In this document: positions 46,626 through 56,178 of the stretch, piece after piece
Layout of the letters: the number at the start of each line of letters is the position of its first letter
Position numbering within the stretch: the first letter of the stretch is position 1
Source of the DNA: Alphaproteobacteria bacterium
Lineage (GTDB): Bacteria > Pseudomonadota > Alphaproteobacteria > UBA8366
Length of the DNA stretch: 64,000 bases
Assembly (NCBI GenBank): GCA_965228695.1
Contig: CBDDIB010000002.1
Coordinates: 3,417,089 to 3,481,088, forward strand
Direction of reading: 5' to 3'
Notes under the pieces: model-generated
The model's input: the letters and a program-made list of their open reading frames with translations, nothing else
The model's database searches: none
Told to the model about the DNA's origin: nothing
Translations under genes and position numbers: made by a program

Positions 46626-48095
46626 ATGATCATGAGCAACACAGGAATCACGGCCGTCGGCGGATACATCCCACGTTTGCGGATGCAGCGCGCGAAAATC
46701 GTGGAAGCGAACGCCTGGGCGAACTCGGCGTTGAAAGGATACGCCAAGGGCGAGCGGTCCATGTGCAACTGGGACGAGGACAGTGTCACCATGGCGGTCG
46801 AGGCCGCCCGGGACTGCCTGCATGACACGCCGAGGGATGACCTTACCGCGGTGCATTTGGCATCTACCACGCTGCCGTTCGCAGACCGCCAGAATGCAGG
46901 GATCGTTGCCGAAGCGCTCAATCTGCCGGAGAATCTCGCTACGTTGGACATCACGTCGTCGCAGCGCGCCGGGACGTCCGGACTGATCAATGCCTTGATG
47001 GCCGCCAACGGCGGACCGGTCCTGTTCGCCGCGGCCGAGCATCGCCGGTCGCAGAACGGTACGCCGCAGGAATTGCTGGCGGGCGACGGCGCGGCGGCGA
47101 TGACGCTCGGCACGGACGATCCCATCGCCACGTTCCTCGGTAGCCATACGGTGTCCATCGATTTCGTGGATCATTATCGCGGCCAGCACCATGAATTCGA
47201 CTACGATTGGGAAGAACGGTGGATCCGCGACGAAGGCTACATGAAGATCGTGCCGGATGCGGTCGGCGCGTTGTTCGCCAAGGTCGACAAGAAACCGGCG
47301 GACGTGGACCGGTTCATCATCCCAACCGCGCTGCGGGGTGTGCCGGCCATGCTGGCCAAGCGCCTCGGCATCAAGGATGAGGCGGTCTGCGACGTGTTGC
47401 AAGGCATCTGCGGCGACACCGGCGCGGCGCACGCGGTCGTCCTGTTGGCGAAGGCCCTGGAAGAAGCGGCGCCGGGCGAGACGATCCTCGTTGTCGGATT
47501 CGGCCAGGGTTGCGACGCGCTGTTGTTCGAAACGACCGGCAAGATTGCATCGGGCCGCCCGGGGCGCGGGATCAACGGTAGCCTGGCTTTGCGGGCGCCG
47601 GAAGAGAACTACAACAAGTTCCTGTCATTCAATCAGACGGTCGACAAGGACTTCGGTAAGCGCGGCGAGGTCGATAAGCAAACGGCGCTTTCGACGCTAT
47701 ACCGGAACCGCAAGATGCTGACCGGCTTTATCGGCGGCAAATGCACCAAATGCGGCACGGTGCAATTCCCGAAGTCGCGCTATTGCGTCAACCCGAACTG
47801 CGGTGCCTTGGACACCCAGGACGATCACGCGATGGCCGATACGCCGGGTAAGGTGAACACCTATACCGCGGACTCGCTAACCTTTTCGTTGGACCCGCCG
47901 GCCTATTTCGGCATGGTCCAGTTCGACGGCGGCGGTCGGCTGATGGTCGACTTCACCGATGTGGACCGAGACAGTTTCGACATCGGCGTCCCCGTGCGGA
48001 TGCAGTTCCGGGTCCGCGAATACGACGACGAGCGGGGTTTTCGTAAATATTTCTGGAAGGCGGTGCAGACGGCATCGCCGGGCGCAGAGGCGTAG
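46626..48095 (+). CDS. HMG-CoA-synthase-like thiolase-fold domain fused to a DUF35 zinc-ribbon/OB-fold domain
   Basis: The N-terminal ~340 aa resemble archaeal HMGCS (VGGYIPRLR..., NWDEDSVTMAVEAA). The C-terminus has a CxxC...CxxC ribbon (GKCTKCGTVQFPKSRYCVNPNC) and an OB-fold. Confidence 0.8.
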   Translation: MIMSNTGITAVGGYIPRLRMQRAKIVEANAWANSALKGYAKGERSMCNWDEDSVTMAVEAARDCLHDTPRDDLTAVHLASTTLPFADRQNAGIVAEALNLPENLATLDITSSQRAGTSGLINALMAANGGPVLFAAAEHRRSQNGTPQELLAGDGAAAMTLGTDDPIATFLGSHTVSIDFVDHYRGQHHEFDYDWEERWIRDEGYMKIVPDAVGALFAKVDKKPADVDRFIIPTALRGVPAMLAKRLGIKDEAVCDVLQGICGDTGAAHAVVLLAKALEEAAPGETILVVGFGQGCDALLFETTGKIASGRPGRGINGSLALRAPEENYNKFLSFNQTVDKDFGKRGEVDKQTALSTLYRNRKMLTGFIGGKCTKCGTVQFPKSRYCVNPNCGALDTQDDHAMADTPGKVNTYTADSLTFSLDPPAYFGMVQFDGGGRLMVDFTDVDRDSFDIGVPVRMQFRVREYDDERGFRKYFWKAVQTASPGAEA

Positions 48096-48106
48096 GAGGA
48101 GCGACG

Positions 48107-49312
48107 ATGGCTAGTGGAATTCGCGACAAGGTCGCCATTTTGGGAATGGGCTGTTCGAAGTTCGGCGAGCGCTGGGACGCGGAACCGTTCGACCTTATGG
48201 TCGAGGCGTTCGCCGAATGCATCGACGATGCCGGCATCGAGAAGGACGAGATTCAGGCGGCGTGGCTGTCGACTGCGATCGATTCCGTCAACGTGGGCCC
48301 GAGCGGCGTGCCGCTTGCGGTGGCGTTGCGGCTGCCGTTCATTCCGGTTACGCGCGTGGAGAATTTCTGCGCCAGCGGCACCGAGGCCTTCCGCGGCGCG
48401 GTCTATGCCGTGGCGTCGGGCGCGTGCGACATCGCCCTGGCGCTCGGCTGCGAAAAGCTCAAGGACACGGGCTATGGCGGCCTGCCGCAGCGCACGCGCG
48501 GCGTCACCAACTCGATGTATTGGCCCAACCTGTCGGCGCCCGGCGTATTCGCGCAACTTGCGGCGGGATATCGTGGCGCCTATGGCGTCGAACGGGACGA
48601 GTTGAAACGCGCGATGGCGCAGGTGTCGGTGAAGAGCCATGCCAACGGTGCAAAGAACCCCAAAGCGCATCTGCAGCGGCCGGTAACCATGGACAAGGTC
48701 CTCGGCGCGCCGATGGTCGCCGAGCCGATTGGGCTATTCGACTGCTGCGGGGTGAGTGACGGCGCGGCCGCCGCGATCGTGTGCACGCCGGAACTCGCGA
48801 AAAGCCTCGGCAAGCAAGACCTCGTGTCGGTCAAGGCGCTGCAGCTCTCCGTCTCGAACGGATCGGAGGCCGGGCATAACTCATGGGACGGGTCGCATAT
48901 CAAGACGACGCGGATTGCCGCCAAGAAGGCGTACGAGGAGGCGGGCATCAAAAACCCACGTGAAGAGATCAGCATGACCGAGGTGCATGATTGTTTCTCG
49001 ATCACGGAACTGATCACCATGGAGGACCTCGGCCTGTCGCAGGAGGGCGAGGCGGTGAAGGACGTGCTCGACGGCGTGTTCGATGCCGACGGCGACGTGC
49101 CCTGTCAGATCGACGGCGGCCTGAAGTGTTTCGGTCATCCGATCGGGGCGTCCGGCCTGCGGATGTTGTACGAAATGTATACGCAGCTCCTAGGGCGGGC
49201 CGACGAGCGGCAGTTGGCGGACCCCAAGATCGGATTGACCCATAACTTGGGCGGGTTCCCGCACATGAACGTCAGCAGCGTCTCAATCGTGGGCCGGTAC
49301 GAAGGGGCCTGA
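48107..49312 (+). CDS. Thiolase-family protein (SCP-x / non-specific lipid-transfer-type)
   Basis: 401 aa. Nucleophile Cys context VENFCASGT and C-terminal GGLKCFGHPIGASG. Confidence 0.9.
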   Translation: MASGIRDKVAILGMGCSKFGERWDAEPFDLMVEAFAECIDDAGIEKDEIQAAWLSTAIDSVNVGPSGVPLAVALRLPFIPVTRVENFCASGTEAFRGAVYAVASGACDIALALGCEKLKDTGYGGLPQRTRGVTNSMYWPNLSAPGVFAQLAAGYRGAYGVERDELKRAMAQVSVKSHANGAKNPKAHLQRPVTMDKVLGAPMVAEPIGLFDCCGVSDGAAAAIVCTPELAKSLGKQDLVSVKALQLSVSNGSEAGHNSWDGSHIKTTRIAAKKAYEEAGIKNPREEISMTEVHDCFSITELITMEDLGLSQEGEAVKDVLDGVFDADGDVPCQIDGGLKCFGHPIGASGLRMLYEMYTQLLGRADERQLADPKIGLTHNLGGFPHMNVSSVSIVGRYEGA

Positions 49313-49315
49313 CGG

Positions 49316-49501
49316 ATGGCGGAAAAGCTTCGCTACCGCCTTCTGACCGGCGTCGACGACCGGAAATTCTGCGAACGGATTTCAGCGGCACTGGACGACG
49401 GGTACGAGTTGTACGGCTCGCCCGCGGCCACGTTCAACGGTGAATCCGTGATCGTGGCGCAAGCGCTTGTGTTAACGGACCGGAAAGCCTCCAGCGACTA
49501 G
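49316..49501 (+). CDS. DUF1737-like small protein
   Basis: 61 aa. YRLLTG.DD..FC.RIS.AL..GY.LYG.P pattern as I recall for DUF1737. It starts 4 nt after the thiolase stop. Confidence 0.65.
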   Translation: MAEKLRYRLLTGVDDRKFCERISAALDDGYELYGSPAATFNGESVIVAQALVLTDRKASSD

Positions 49502-49575
49502 CATTCGTCAAACGGTTATGCCCGGCGCGTATACTGCGTGAGAAGGGGCGGAATTCCGGCGTTAAGGACGATGCG

Positions 49576-51129
49576 ATGATCAAATGGACCCGGCGTAGCA
49601 TTCTGAAGCGGTCGGCGGCGCTATCCACGGTGACCTTCCTGAGCCCCGCAATTGCACCCGCAATTGTCTCCACCGCGCATGCCGCATCGTCCGATCCGTT
49701 ATTCACGCTCGGCGTCGCGTCCGGCGATCCTTGGCCCGACAGCGTGGTCCTTTGGACCCGATTGGCCCGCGATCCGCTCGACGGCGGCGATATGGGCGAC
49801 GCGCCGGTTACCGTGAACTGGGAAATTGCGGCGGACGAAGGGTTTCAGCGCATCGTCCGGAAAGGGACCGCGACGGCAATCGCGGAAAATGCGCATTCCG
49901 TGCACGTGGAAGCAGGCGGTCTCGACCCGCATCGCTGGTACTGGTACCGGTTCAACGCGATGGGCATCGCGAGCCCGGTCGGCCGGACCCGCACCGCGCC
50001 CGCATTGGATGGGTCGAATGAGCGGCTGCGGCTCGCCTTGGCCTGCTGCCAGCATTACGAACACGGCCACTACACGGCCTACCACCACATGGCGCGAGAG
50101 GATCTGGACCTCGTCCTGCATGTCGGCGACTACATTTACGAATACAGCGCCAAGGACGATCGGCCGCGGCGGCATAATTCGGCCGAGATCAAGACGCTCG
50201 ACGCCTATCGCAACCGATATGCCCTCTACAAGCTCGATCCGGATCTGCAAGCGGCGCATGCGGCCTTTCCCTGGGCCGCGGTGCCGGACGACCACGAGGT
50301 CGAGAACGACTATGCCAACGAAATCGAGGAACACGGACGCCAGGCACCGGAAGATTTTCTGAAGCGCCGCGCCGCCGCGTACAAGGCCTACTACGAGCAT
50401 CTGCCGTTCCGGCATGCGTCCCGGCCGAATGGGCCCGCTATGCGGCTGCATCGGTCGCTCAAATTTGGCCGGCTTGCATCAATCAATATGATGGATACGC
50501 GGCAATTCCGGTCGGACCAGAAGTGCTGGGCTAAATGGAGCCCGCGCTGTGACGATGCTCTCGACCCGTTGGCGACGATGCTTGGACCGGAACAGGAAAA
50601 CTGGCTCGATACGGCGTTGACCAAATCCGAGACGCACTGGGACGTGCTGGTGCAGCAAGTGCCGATCATGGAGCGCGGGCGCATGCGCGATGGGCAACTC
50701 ATGCATCATATGGACAAGTGGGATGGCTATGTCGGCGCGCGGGAACGCCTGGTTCATTCGATTCAGCGGCGCGGCCGCGGCGGGCTAGTCGCCCTGTCCG
50801 GTGATGTACATGAGAATTGGATCGGTAGCCTGAAAGCCGATTTCGCGAATTCAGGTTCCGCGACATTGGGAGCGGAATTCGTCGGCACTTCGATCTCGTC
50901 AAAAGGCGACGGAAAGGACACGAAGAAAAGCCGCCAACGGATTATCGACGCGAACCCGCATCTTATGTTCCATAACGGTCAACGCGGATACACGCGGTGC
51001 GAGATCACCGCTGATGCTTGGAGGACCGATCTGCGAATTCTGCCGTATGTGTCGAAGCCGGGTGCGCCGATTGCCACGCGCGCATCCTTCGTGGTGGACC
51101 GTAAGAGTAACCGTCTCGAAAAGGCCTGA
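49576..51129 (+). CDS. phoD: Alkaline phosphatase D family protein (Tat-exported)
   Basis: Twin-arginine signal TRRSILKRSAAL...AHA. PhoD N-terminal domain (GVASGDPWPDSVVLWTRL) and metallophosphatase core. Confidence 0.9.
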   Translation: MIKWTRRSILKRSAALSTVTFLSPAIAPAIVSTAHAASSDPLFTLGVASGDPWPDSVVLWTRLARDPLDGGDMGDAPVTVNWEIAADEGFQRIVRKGTATAIAENAHSVHVEAGGLDPHRWYWYRFNAMGIASPVGRTRTAPALDGSNERLRLALACCQHYEHGHYTAYHHMAREDLDLVLHVGDYIYEYSAKDDRPRRHNSAEIKTLDAYRNRYALYKLDPDLQAAHAAFPWAAVPDDHEVENDYANEIEEHGRQAPEDFLKRRAAAYKAYYEHLPFRHASRPNGPAMRLHRSLKFGRLASINMMDTRQFRSDQKCWAKWSPRCDDALDPLATMLGPEQENWLDTALTKSETHWDVLVQQVPIMERGRMRDGQLMHHMDKWDGYVGARERLVHSIQRRGRGGLVALSGDVHENWIGSLKADFANSGSATLGAEFVGTSISSKGDGKDTKKSRQRIIDANPHLMFHNGQRGYTRCEITADAWRTDLRILPYVSKPGAPIATRASFVVDRKSNRLEKA

Positions 51130-51133
51130 ACGC

Positions 51134-51682
51134 CTACCGCGTCAGGCTCGCGCGAAGCTGCGGGATGAAATGACCGAAATCCGGCGTCTCCGCATCCGGT
51201 AGTTTCGCGAGATCGTCCCAACGGCGCAGTTCGACCCCTTCCTTGGCAAACGGCTGCGCCAAGAACTCTTCGGCTTCCGTTTCGGTGAACACGCCGCCTT
51301 GCCCTTTGAGGCTGCGGTGTGACCCGCCCGAGACTTTCTTTTGATAGGCCGGATCGGTCGCCATCAGATACCGCTTGGCAGCGACATGCCAGTAGATCGG
51401 CATGGTGACGTCGGGGCCGAACCATGGTTCGAGGAATTTCTGCGCGACGATCTCATGTTTTGCGTCGCCGCCGCGGTCGGTAATCGCGCGGTCCTTGGGA
51501 TTGACGATCCGGCCGATATCATGGAGCAGGGCGGCGGTCACCATCGGTGCGTTGGCGCCCGCTTCCTCGGCGATCATGGCCGTCTGCAGGGCATGCGACG
51601 TTTGCGTGACCGCCCGATCGCCCTCGAAAATCTCGCATCCGGCCGTGCCGTAGATTTCGGCCAGTTTTTCAATGGGGTCCAT
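51134..51682 (-). CDS. HD-domain protein of the PhnZ-like (phosphonate-degradation-associated HD oxygenase) family
   Basis: Ligand set SHALQ / LLHDIG / KHE / WHVAAKRYL / LRRWDDLAK and family-typical blocks. ATG at 51682, behind GGAAAGG (an alternative ATG is at 51703). Confidence 0.8.
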   Translation of the reverse strand: MDPIEKLAEIYGTAGCEIFEGDRAVTQTSHALQTAMIAEEAGANAPMVTAALLHDIGRIVNPKDRAITDRGGDAKHEIVAQKFLEPWFGPDVTMPIYWHVAAKRYLMATDPAYQKKVSGGSHRSLKGQGGVFTETEAEEFLAQPFAKEGVELRRWDDLAKLPDAETPDFGHFIPQLRASLTR

Positions 51683-51743
51683 GGTCTTGCCTTTCCACGC
51701 CATTACCGCAGAGGAAGATTAACGTTTCGTGTTTAAAGGAGGG

Positions 51744-52493
51744 TTAGCCTCGCCCGACAAAGGGCATCTTAGTCGCCATGACGGTCATGAATTGCACATT
51801 AGCGTCCAACGGCAAATTGGCCATGTAAACAACGGCGTCGGCGACGTGTTTCACGTCCATTCGGGGTTCCGGCACCACGTCGCCATTGGCCTGTGGGACG
51901 CCATCGCTCATGCGATCGGTCATCGGCGTCGCGGCGTTGCCGATATCGATCTGGCTGCAGGCAATGTCGTACTTCCGGCAGTCCAGCGACGTCGATTTGG
52001 TCAACCCGGTGACCGCGTGTTTCGTCGAAGTATACGGGGCGGAATTCGGACGGGGGGCGTGTGCCGAGATCGATCCGTTGTTGATGATCCGGCCGCCCAT
52101 CGGATCCTGGTCCTTCATGATTCTGATGGCTTCCTGCGTGCACAGGAAGGTGCCGGTCAGATTCGCGTTCACCACGGTCGTCCATTGCTCGTAGGTCAGA
52201 TCTTCGAGCGGAACCGGCGGTGCGCCGGTGCCTGCGTTGTTGAACACCACATCCAAACGGCCAAACGATTCCTTGGTCTTGGCGAAGAGCGCCTTCACTG
52301 CATCCCGGTCCCCGACATCCGCCGAGACCGCGAGGGCCTTGGAAGCCGGTGCGCCGGATTCCGCGATTGCCTCCTCCAACGGTTCCATCCGACGTGCGGA
52401 AAGCACGACGGCGTAACCCGCCTCGAGCAACGCCAGCGCGGACGCTTTCCCGATCCCCGATCCGGCGCCGGTCACAATGGCGACCTTATCCAT
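51744..52493 (-). CDS. SDR-family oxidoreductase
   Basis: [12 protein letters not shown] and YTSTKHA motifs. Confidence 0.9.
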   Translation of the reverse strand: MDKVAIVTGAGSGIGKASALALLEAGYAVVLSARRMEPLEEAIAESGAPASKALAVSADVGDRDAVKALFAKTKESFGRLDVVFNNAGTGAPPVPLEDLTYEQWTTVVNANLTGTFLCTQEAIRIMKDQDPMGGRIINNGSISAHAPRPNSAPYTSTKHAVTGLTKSTSLDCRKYDIACSQIDIGNAATPMTDRMSDGVPQANGDVVPEPRMDVKHVADAVVYMANLPLDANVQFMTVMATKMPFVGRG

Positions 52494-52543
52494 TGCTTCT
52501 CTCCTTCAAATCAGAACGTCTTGGCGTTCGACAAGTGTGACCG

Positions 52544-53479
52544 CTATTCGGCAGCCGGCCGATGGCCAAGGGAATCTGAATATTTCTCCAATTCCTCTTC
52601 GCCCATGAACCGCTTCTCCAGCTCCATGACCTCGTCGAAACCGGCGAAGGTGTGGAAATCGCCCAAGGGATGATCGGTGAACTGCTCGTTGAAGCGCTTC
52701 TCGGCGTCCGGGCCGTCCTTGTGCATGGCAACCGCCAGATCGTAGACGGCGACCATGGTCGCACGGAGGGTTGCGCCCGGCACGATGGTGATCGCGATGC
52801 CGAGTTCGTTCATCTCGGTTTCGCTGAATCGCGGCGAGATGCCGGTCTGATTGTAGAGGATCGGTCCGTTCACCTCGGCGCAAACCCGCTTCACCTCGTC
52901 GACATCGCGAGGGCCTTCGACAAACGCCATGTCGGCGCCGGCGTCGAGATAGGCGTTGGCGCGCGTGATCGCATCGTCGAGCGTGCCGCCATGCGCGCCG
53001 CGCGCGTCGGTCCGGGCGATCAAGACGAAATCGGGGTCGATCTCTCTCCGGGCGTAGTCCGCGGCCTGGTACTTGCCAACGGCTTCCTCGATGGGAATGA
53101 CCTGGCGGCCGGCGACGTGGCCGCAGCGCTTGGGAATGATCTGGTCTTCGATATGGACCGCGGCGACACCGGTCTGGATATACTCCTTGACGGTCCGCAC
53201 CACATTGATGGCGTTCCCATAGCCGTTGTCGGAATCGGCGATGACGGGAACGTCCGTGACATTCGCGATGTTGCGGGCGTTGAGATGCATTTCGGTCATC
53301 GTGGCAAGTCCGGCGTCCGGCATGCCGAGGAGGGAAAGCGACGTCCCATACCCCGTCATGTAGATCGCCGGGAAGCCGACCTTGTCCAGAATCTTCGCGC
53401 TCAGCGCGTTGTAACAGCCGGGGACGAAAAGCGTTTTTCCCGATTTCATCAATTCGCGTAATTGCGTTGTCTTTTTCAC
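52544..53479 (-). CDS. Isocitrate lyase / PEP mutase superfamily enzyme (methylisocitrate-lyase-like, KRCGH loop)
   Basis: PGCYNALSAKI, DSDNGYG and HIEDQIIPKRCGHVAGR motifs. GTG start at 53479, 6 nt after GGAGGA. The track ORF extends to 53497. Confidence 0.85.
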   Translation of the reverse strand: MKKTTQLRELMKSGKTLFVPGCYNALSAKILDKVGFPAIYMTGYGTSLSLLGMPDAGLATMTEMHLNARNIANVTDVPVIADSDNGYGNAINVVRTVKEYIQTGVAAVHIEDQIIPKRCGHVAGRQVIPIEEAVGKYQAADYARREIDPDFVLIARTDARGAHGGTLDDAITRANAYLDAGADMAFVEGPRDVDEVKRVCAEVNGPILYNQTGISPRFSETEMNELGIAITIVPGATLRATMVAVYDLAVAMHKDGPDAEKRFNEQFTDHPLGDFHTFAGFDEVMELEKRFMGEEELEKYSDSLGHRPAAE

Positions 53480-53638
53480 GGCATTTCCTCCACACACTGT
53501 CTGAGTTCTGTCTTGAACAGATACCGAGACGCGCCGCAGGTCAAGTTGACCAAGCCGAATTCAGTTGCCGGCGCGGTCTGCTATCATCGTGGCCCTTCGA
53601 GCAAGCGATTTGCCGCGGACCACAAGAGGAAGGGTTGG

Positions 53639-54451
53639 GTGTCGACGACCAAACTGGGACCGGTGATATTCCTGACCGTCCTCGGTTGCCTCGTGGCGGC
53701 GATAGGGCCGTCGGCGGTCGCTGCGGAACGGCATGTTTTGGAAGTTCGCCCTGGCGCGAAACAGACATTCCTCCTGTTGCGGCCCAACGGCCCGCCGAAC
53801 GCCAGTGTGGTGCTTTATGCCGGCGGCAGCGGATCGATCGGCCTACGTGATGACGGGTTGCTGAAGCGTGGCGGGAATTTTCTCGTCCGGACGCGGGCAA
53901 TGTTCGCGGCGCAAGGATTCCTCGTGCTCGTGCCCGATCGGCCGTCAGATTGGGCGGGCGGCGACAAGTGGTCTTACCGCCTCACCAAGGAGCACGCGCA
54001 AGACGCTGCCGCTCTCATTGCCTTTCTGCGCAGCGAAGCGGATGTCCCGGTATGGCTGGTCGGAACGAGCCGAGGATCGATTTCCGCCGCCAGTGCGGCG
54101 GCGCGGATCCGTAAGAACGGGCCGGAAGGGATCGTTCTGACCGCGTCGGTGACCAACGGGGGCAACAAGGTTCGACCGTCGCTTGCGGATATTGATCTCG
54201 ACCGGATTACAGCCGCGGCCCTGATACTGGGCCACAAGGACGACGACTGCTATGTCACGCCGTGGTCGGAACAAGCGGATTTGGCCGGGAAGCTCACGAA
54301 AGCGCGCAAGGTCCAGTCGGTCGGCGTTTCAGGCGGGCAGGCGGGAGACCTAACCGCCCCTTGCGGCTCTCATTCACATCACGGTTTTCTCGGCATCGAA
54401 AAAGAAACCGTCGGCCGCATCGCCACGTGGATCCTGTCGAACGGGCGATGA
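53639..54451 (+). CDS. Exported alpha/beta-hydrolase-fold protein
   Basis: GTG start behind AGAGGAAGG. Signal peptide, nucleophile elbow GTSRGS, and a late Asp/His. The upstream part of the track ORF is antisense to the neighbouring gene. Confidence 0.7.
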   Translation: MSTTKLGPVIFLTVLGCLVAAIGPSAVAAERHVLEVRPGAKQTFLLLRPNGPPNASVVLYAGGSGSIGLRDDGLLKRGGNFLVRTRAMFAAQGFLVLVPDRPSDWAGGDKWSYRLTKEHAQDAAALIAFLRSEADVPVWLVGTSRGSISAASAAARIRKNGPEGIVLTASVTNGGNKVRPSLADIDLDRITAAALILGHKDDDCYVTPWSEQADLAGKLTKARKVQSVGVSGGQAGDLTAPCGSHSHHGFLGIEKETVGRIATWILSNGR

Positions 54452-54470
54452 TCCGCGGCTGATCGTCAGG

Positions 54471-55157
54471 TCATTCCTTGGACTGCTGCTCCGCGAGCCA
54501 ATCGTCCAATCGGGGCACCCGGGCATCGACCAGGCGCCAATTGTAGTAGGGGATGGTCGGCTTATAGATATCGTAGACGCGCCGCAGTTCACCGACCGGC
54601 TCGTCGTGAATGTCCACCCGGAGGTTGACCTCGGAGAATTCCTTGTCGCCATAGACCAGGATGGCGGCGGACCGTTGTCCGCCGTGCTGTCCGCCCGCAT
54701 CCCGGCCGGCTTCGATGCCGCGCATGAGCCGGTCCTCCAGCGGATCGTCGGACGAGGCGAGATAGGCTTCTTCGATTGCCGACAACACATGTTCGCCCTT
54801 CAAGGCGTTCCCCAGCGCCAGATGACTGTCGCCGATGTGATAGCCGGTGTAATCGCGGTTTTCCGCACCGTTCCGGCAGGCGATGAAGCCATCGTCGTCG
54901 ATGGCGCCCAACTGCCGGTATTCCGCGTAAGGATCGCCGGCCACGACCGCATCGATGACCCTTGGCGCCTTGTACCCAAGTTCGAGGAATCGCATCGCGG
55001 TGTCGCCGAGGCGGGGGTCGGCAATGGCCATGATCGATACCGCGCCCACCCTGGGCCGGATAAACGGGACCCGCACGCCAACGGCTAGGGCATTCGTTGC
55101 GGTGGCAATGCCTAGGCGTCCGGATTCCTTGCATCGTCCCATGATCGTAAAGGTCAT
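54471..55157 (-). CDS. DUF1028-family (Ntn-hydrolase-like) protein
   Basis: MTFTIMGRC...GRLGIATATNALAVGVRVPF...GAVSIMA matches the DUF1028 N-terminal pattern. Confidence 0.8.
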   Translation of the reverse strand: MTFTIMGRCKESGRLGIATATNALAVGVRVPFIRPRVGAVSIMAIADPRLGDTAMRFLELGYKAPRVIDAVVAGDPYAEYRQLGAIDDDGFIACRNGAENRDYTGYHIGDSHLALGNALKGEHVLSAIEEAYLASSDDPLEDRLMRGIEAGRDAGGQHGGQRSAAILVYGDKEFSEVNLRVDIHDEPVGELRRVYDIYKPTIPYYNWRLVDARVPRLDDWLAEQQSKE

Positions 55158-55289
55158 TTTCCTCTCCCTCGGTAGCCAGGTGAATGCCGGTAATTCGGCG
55201 GAAGGGAATTGTGCGCGCGACGATGCCGTGCACGCAAATTAGCAACCAAATTACAGAAATCCGGGTGGCCTGGCCGGCGGGCCGTCCGA

Positions 55290-55523
55290 TTAGGACTCGC
55301 TCATTTCGTCGTGTGAGTTTGCGGACGGGGAATTCATTGACTCGGTATTGCCGAACATTCGCACCGCCATTTCATAGATCGCGATCGCAGATGCGACGAA
55401 AATCAGAATCAAGACCCAAGGCGCGATAGCGATATCAAGATTATGGGTCATCAGGGCGATACAGGACGTGATAAACACGCCAATCGCAATTGCGCCGTAC
55501 AAGGGCCTTCGCTGCAGGTTCAC
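55290..55523 (-). CDS. Small two-TM membrane protein, hypothetical
   Basis: 77 aa with a GTG start behind GAGGG. Two hydrophobic helices and an acidic Ser-rich tail. Confidence 0.5.
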   Translation of the reverse strand: MNLQRRPLYGAIAIGVFITSCIALMTHNLDIAIAPWVLILIFVASAIAIYEMAVRMFGNTESMNSPSANSHDEMSES

Positions 55524-55938
55524 GACGCGCCCTCATCTCCCAGACGTGTACCAGCTTACCCTGAGGATTTTATCGAACGATCGGCAAGCATGCCACTAGA
55601 TTACTCAAAAGCGGTATTTCAACCCCTTCGATAAATCAAGCCGTATCGGGCATTGAAGTTGATTCGATTCCTATCCTGCTGATGCATTGCGATATTCCAA
55701 CTGCAGTGCCGTAGGTGACAGAGATGCGCGACCAACGCCGCGCCGGAGCTCCTGCACCGAATTTGGCGACTCGCCGCGATTGGAGAGGGCATGCGGATCT
55801 GTCCAAATACCAGTCGCCGGCAGCAGTCCCGGGCTCGAAAGGCCGACCCCTGAAGAGCTATCGACCCGTTCCGCGCCGCATGGTTCCCTGGTCGTATCGC
55901 GCCAGAAAGAGCGCCAATCCGCGGGATAGAGCAAATCA

Positions 55939-56178
55939 ATGAAACCGGACCACGAGATCGACATCGAGGGTATCAACTTCGACTGCGGCTGCCCTAAATG
56001 CGGCCATGAGACCGGCAAAACCGCGGCTTATATCCGCCAATATTCCGAGTATGTCTGTCAGGAATGCGAGACGATTGTTCCGATCGTCGACCGGCGCGAA
56101 ATCCTCCAAGCGATCGCCGTCGGCGAGAAGGTCATCGAACTCGCAAAGACAATTCGGGACCCCAAATCCGCCGCCTGA
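55939..56178 (+). CDS. Small zinc-ribbon protein, hypothetical
   Basis: 79 aa with CGCPKCGH...CQEC (a CxxC-N20-CxxC arrangement). It lies in a lower-GC patch. Confidence 0.55.
   Translation: MKPDHEIDIEGINFDCGCPKCGHETGKTAAYIRQYSEYVCQECETIVPIVDRREILQAIAVGEKVIELAKTIRDPKSAA

Noticed and set aside
52544-53479. Calling this gene a true PEP mutase or phosphonopyruvate hydrolase, which would make the operon a clear phosphonate cluster.
   Set aside because: The active-site loop reads EDQIIPKRCGH. That is the Cys-containing lyase-type loop of methylisocitrate lyase, dimethylmalate lyase and oxaloacetase, not the EDK....NS motif of PEP mutases.
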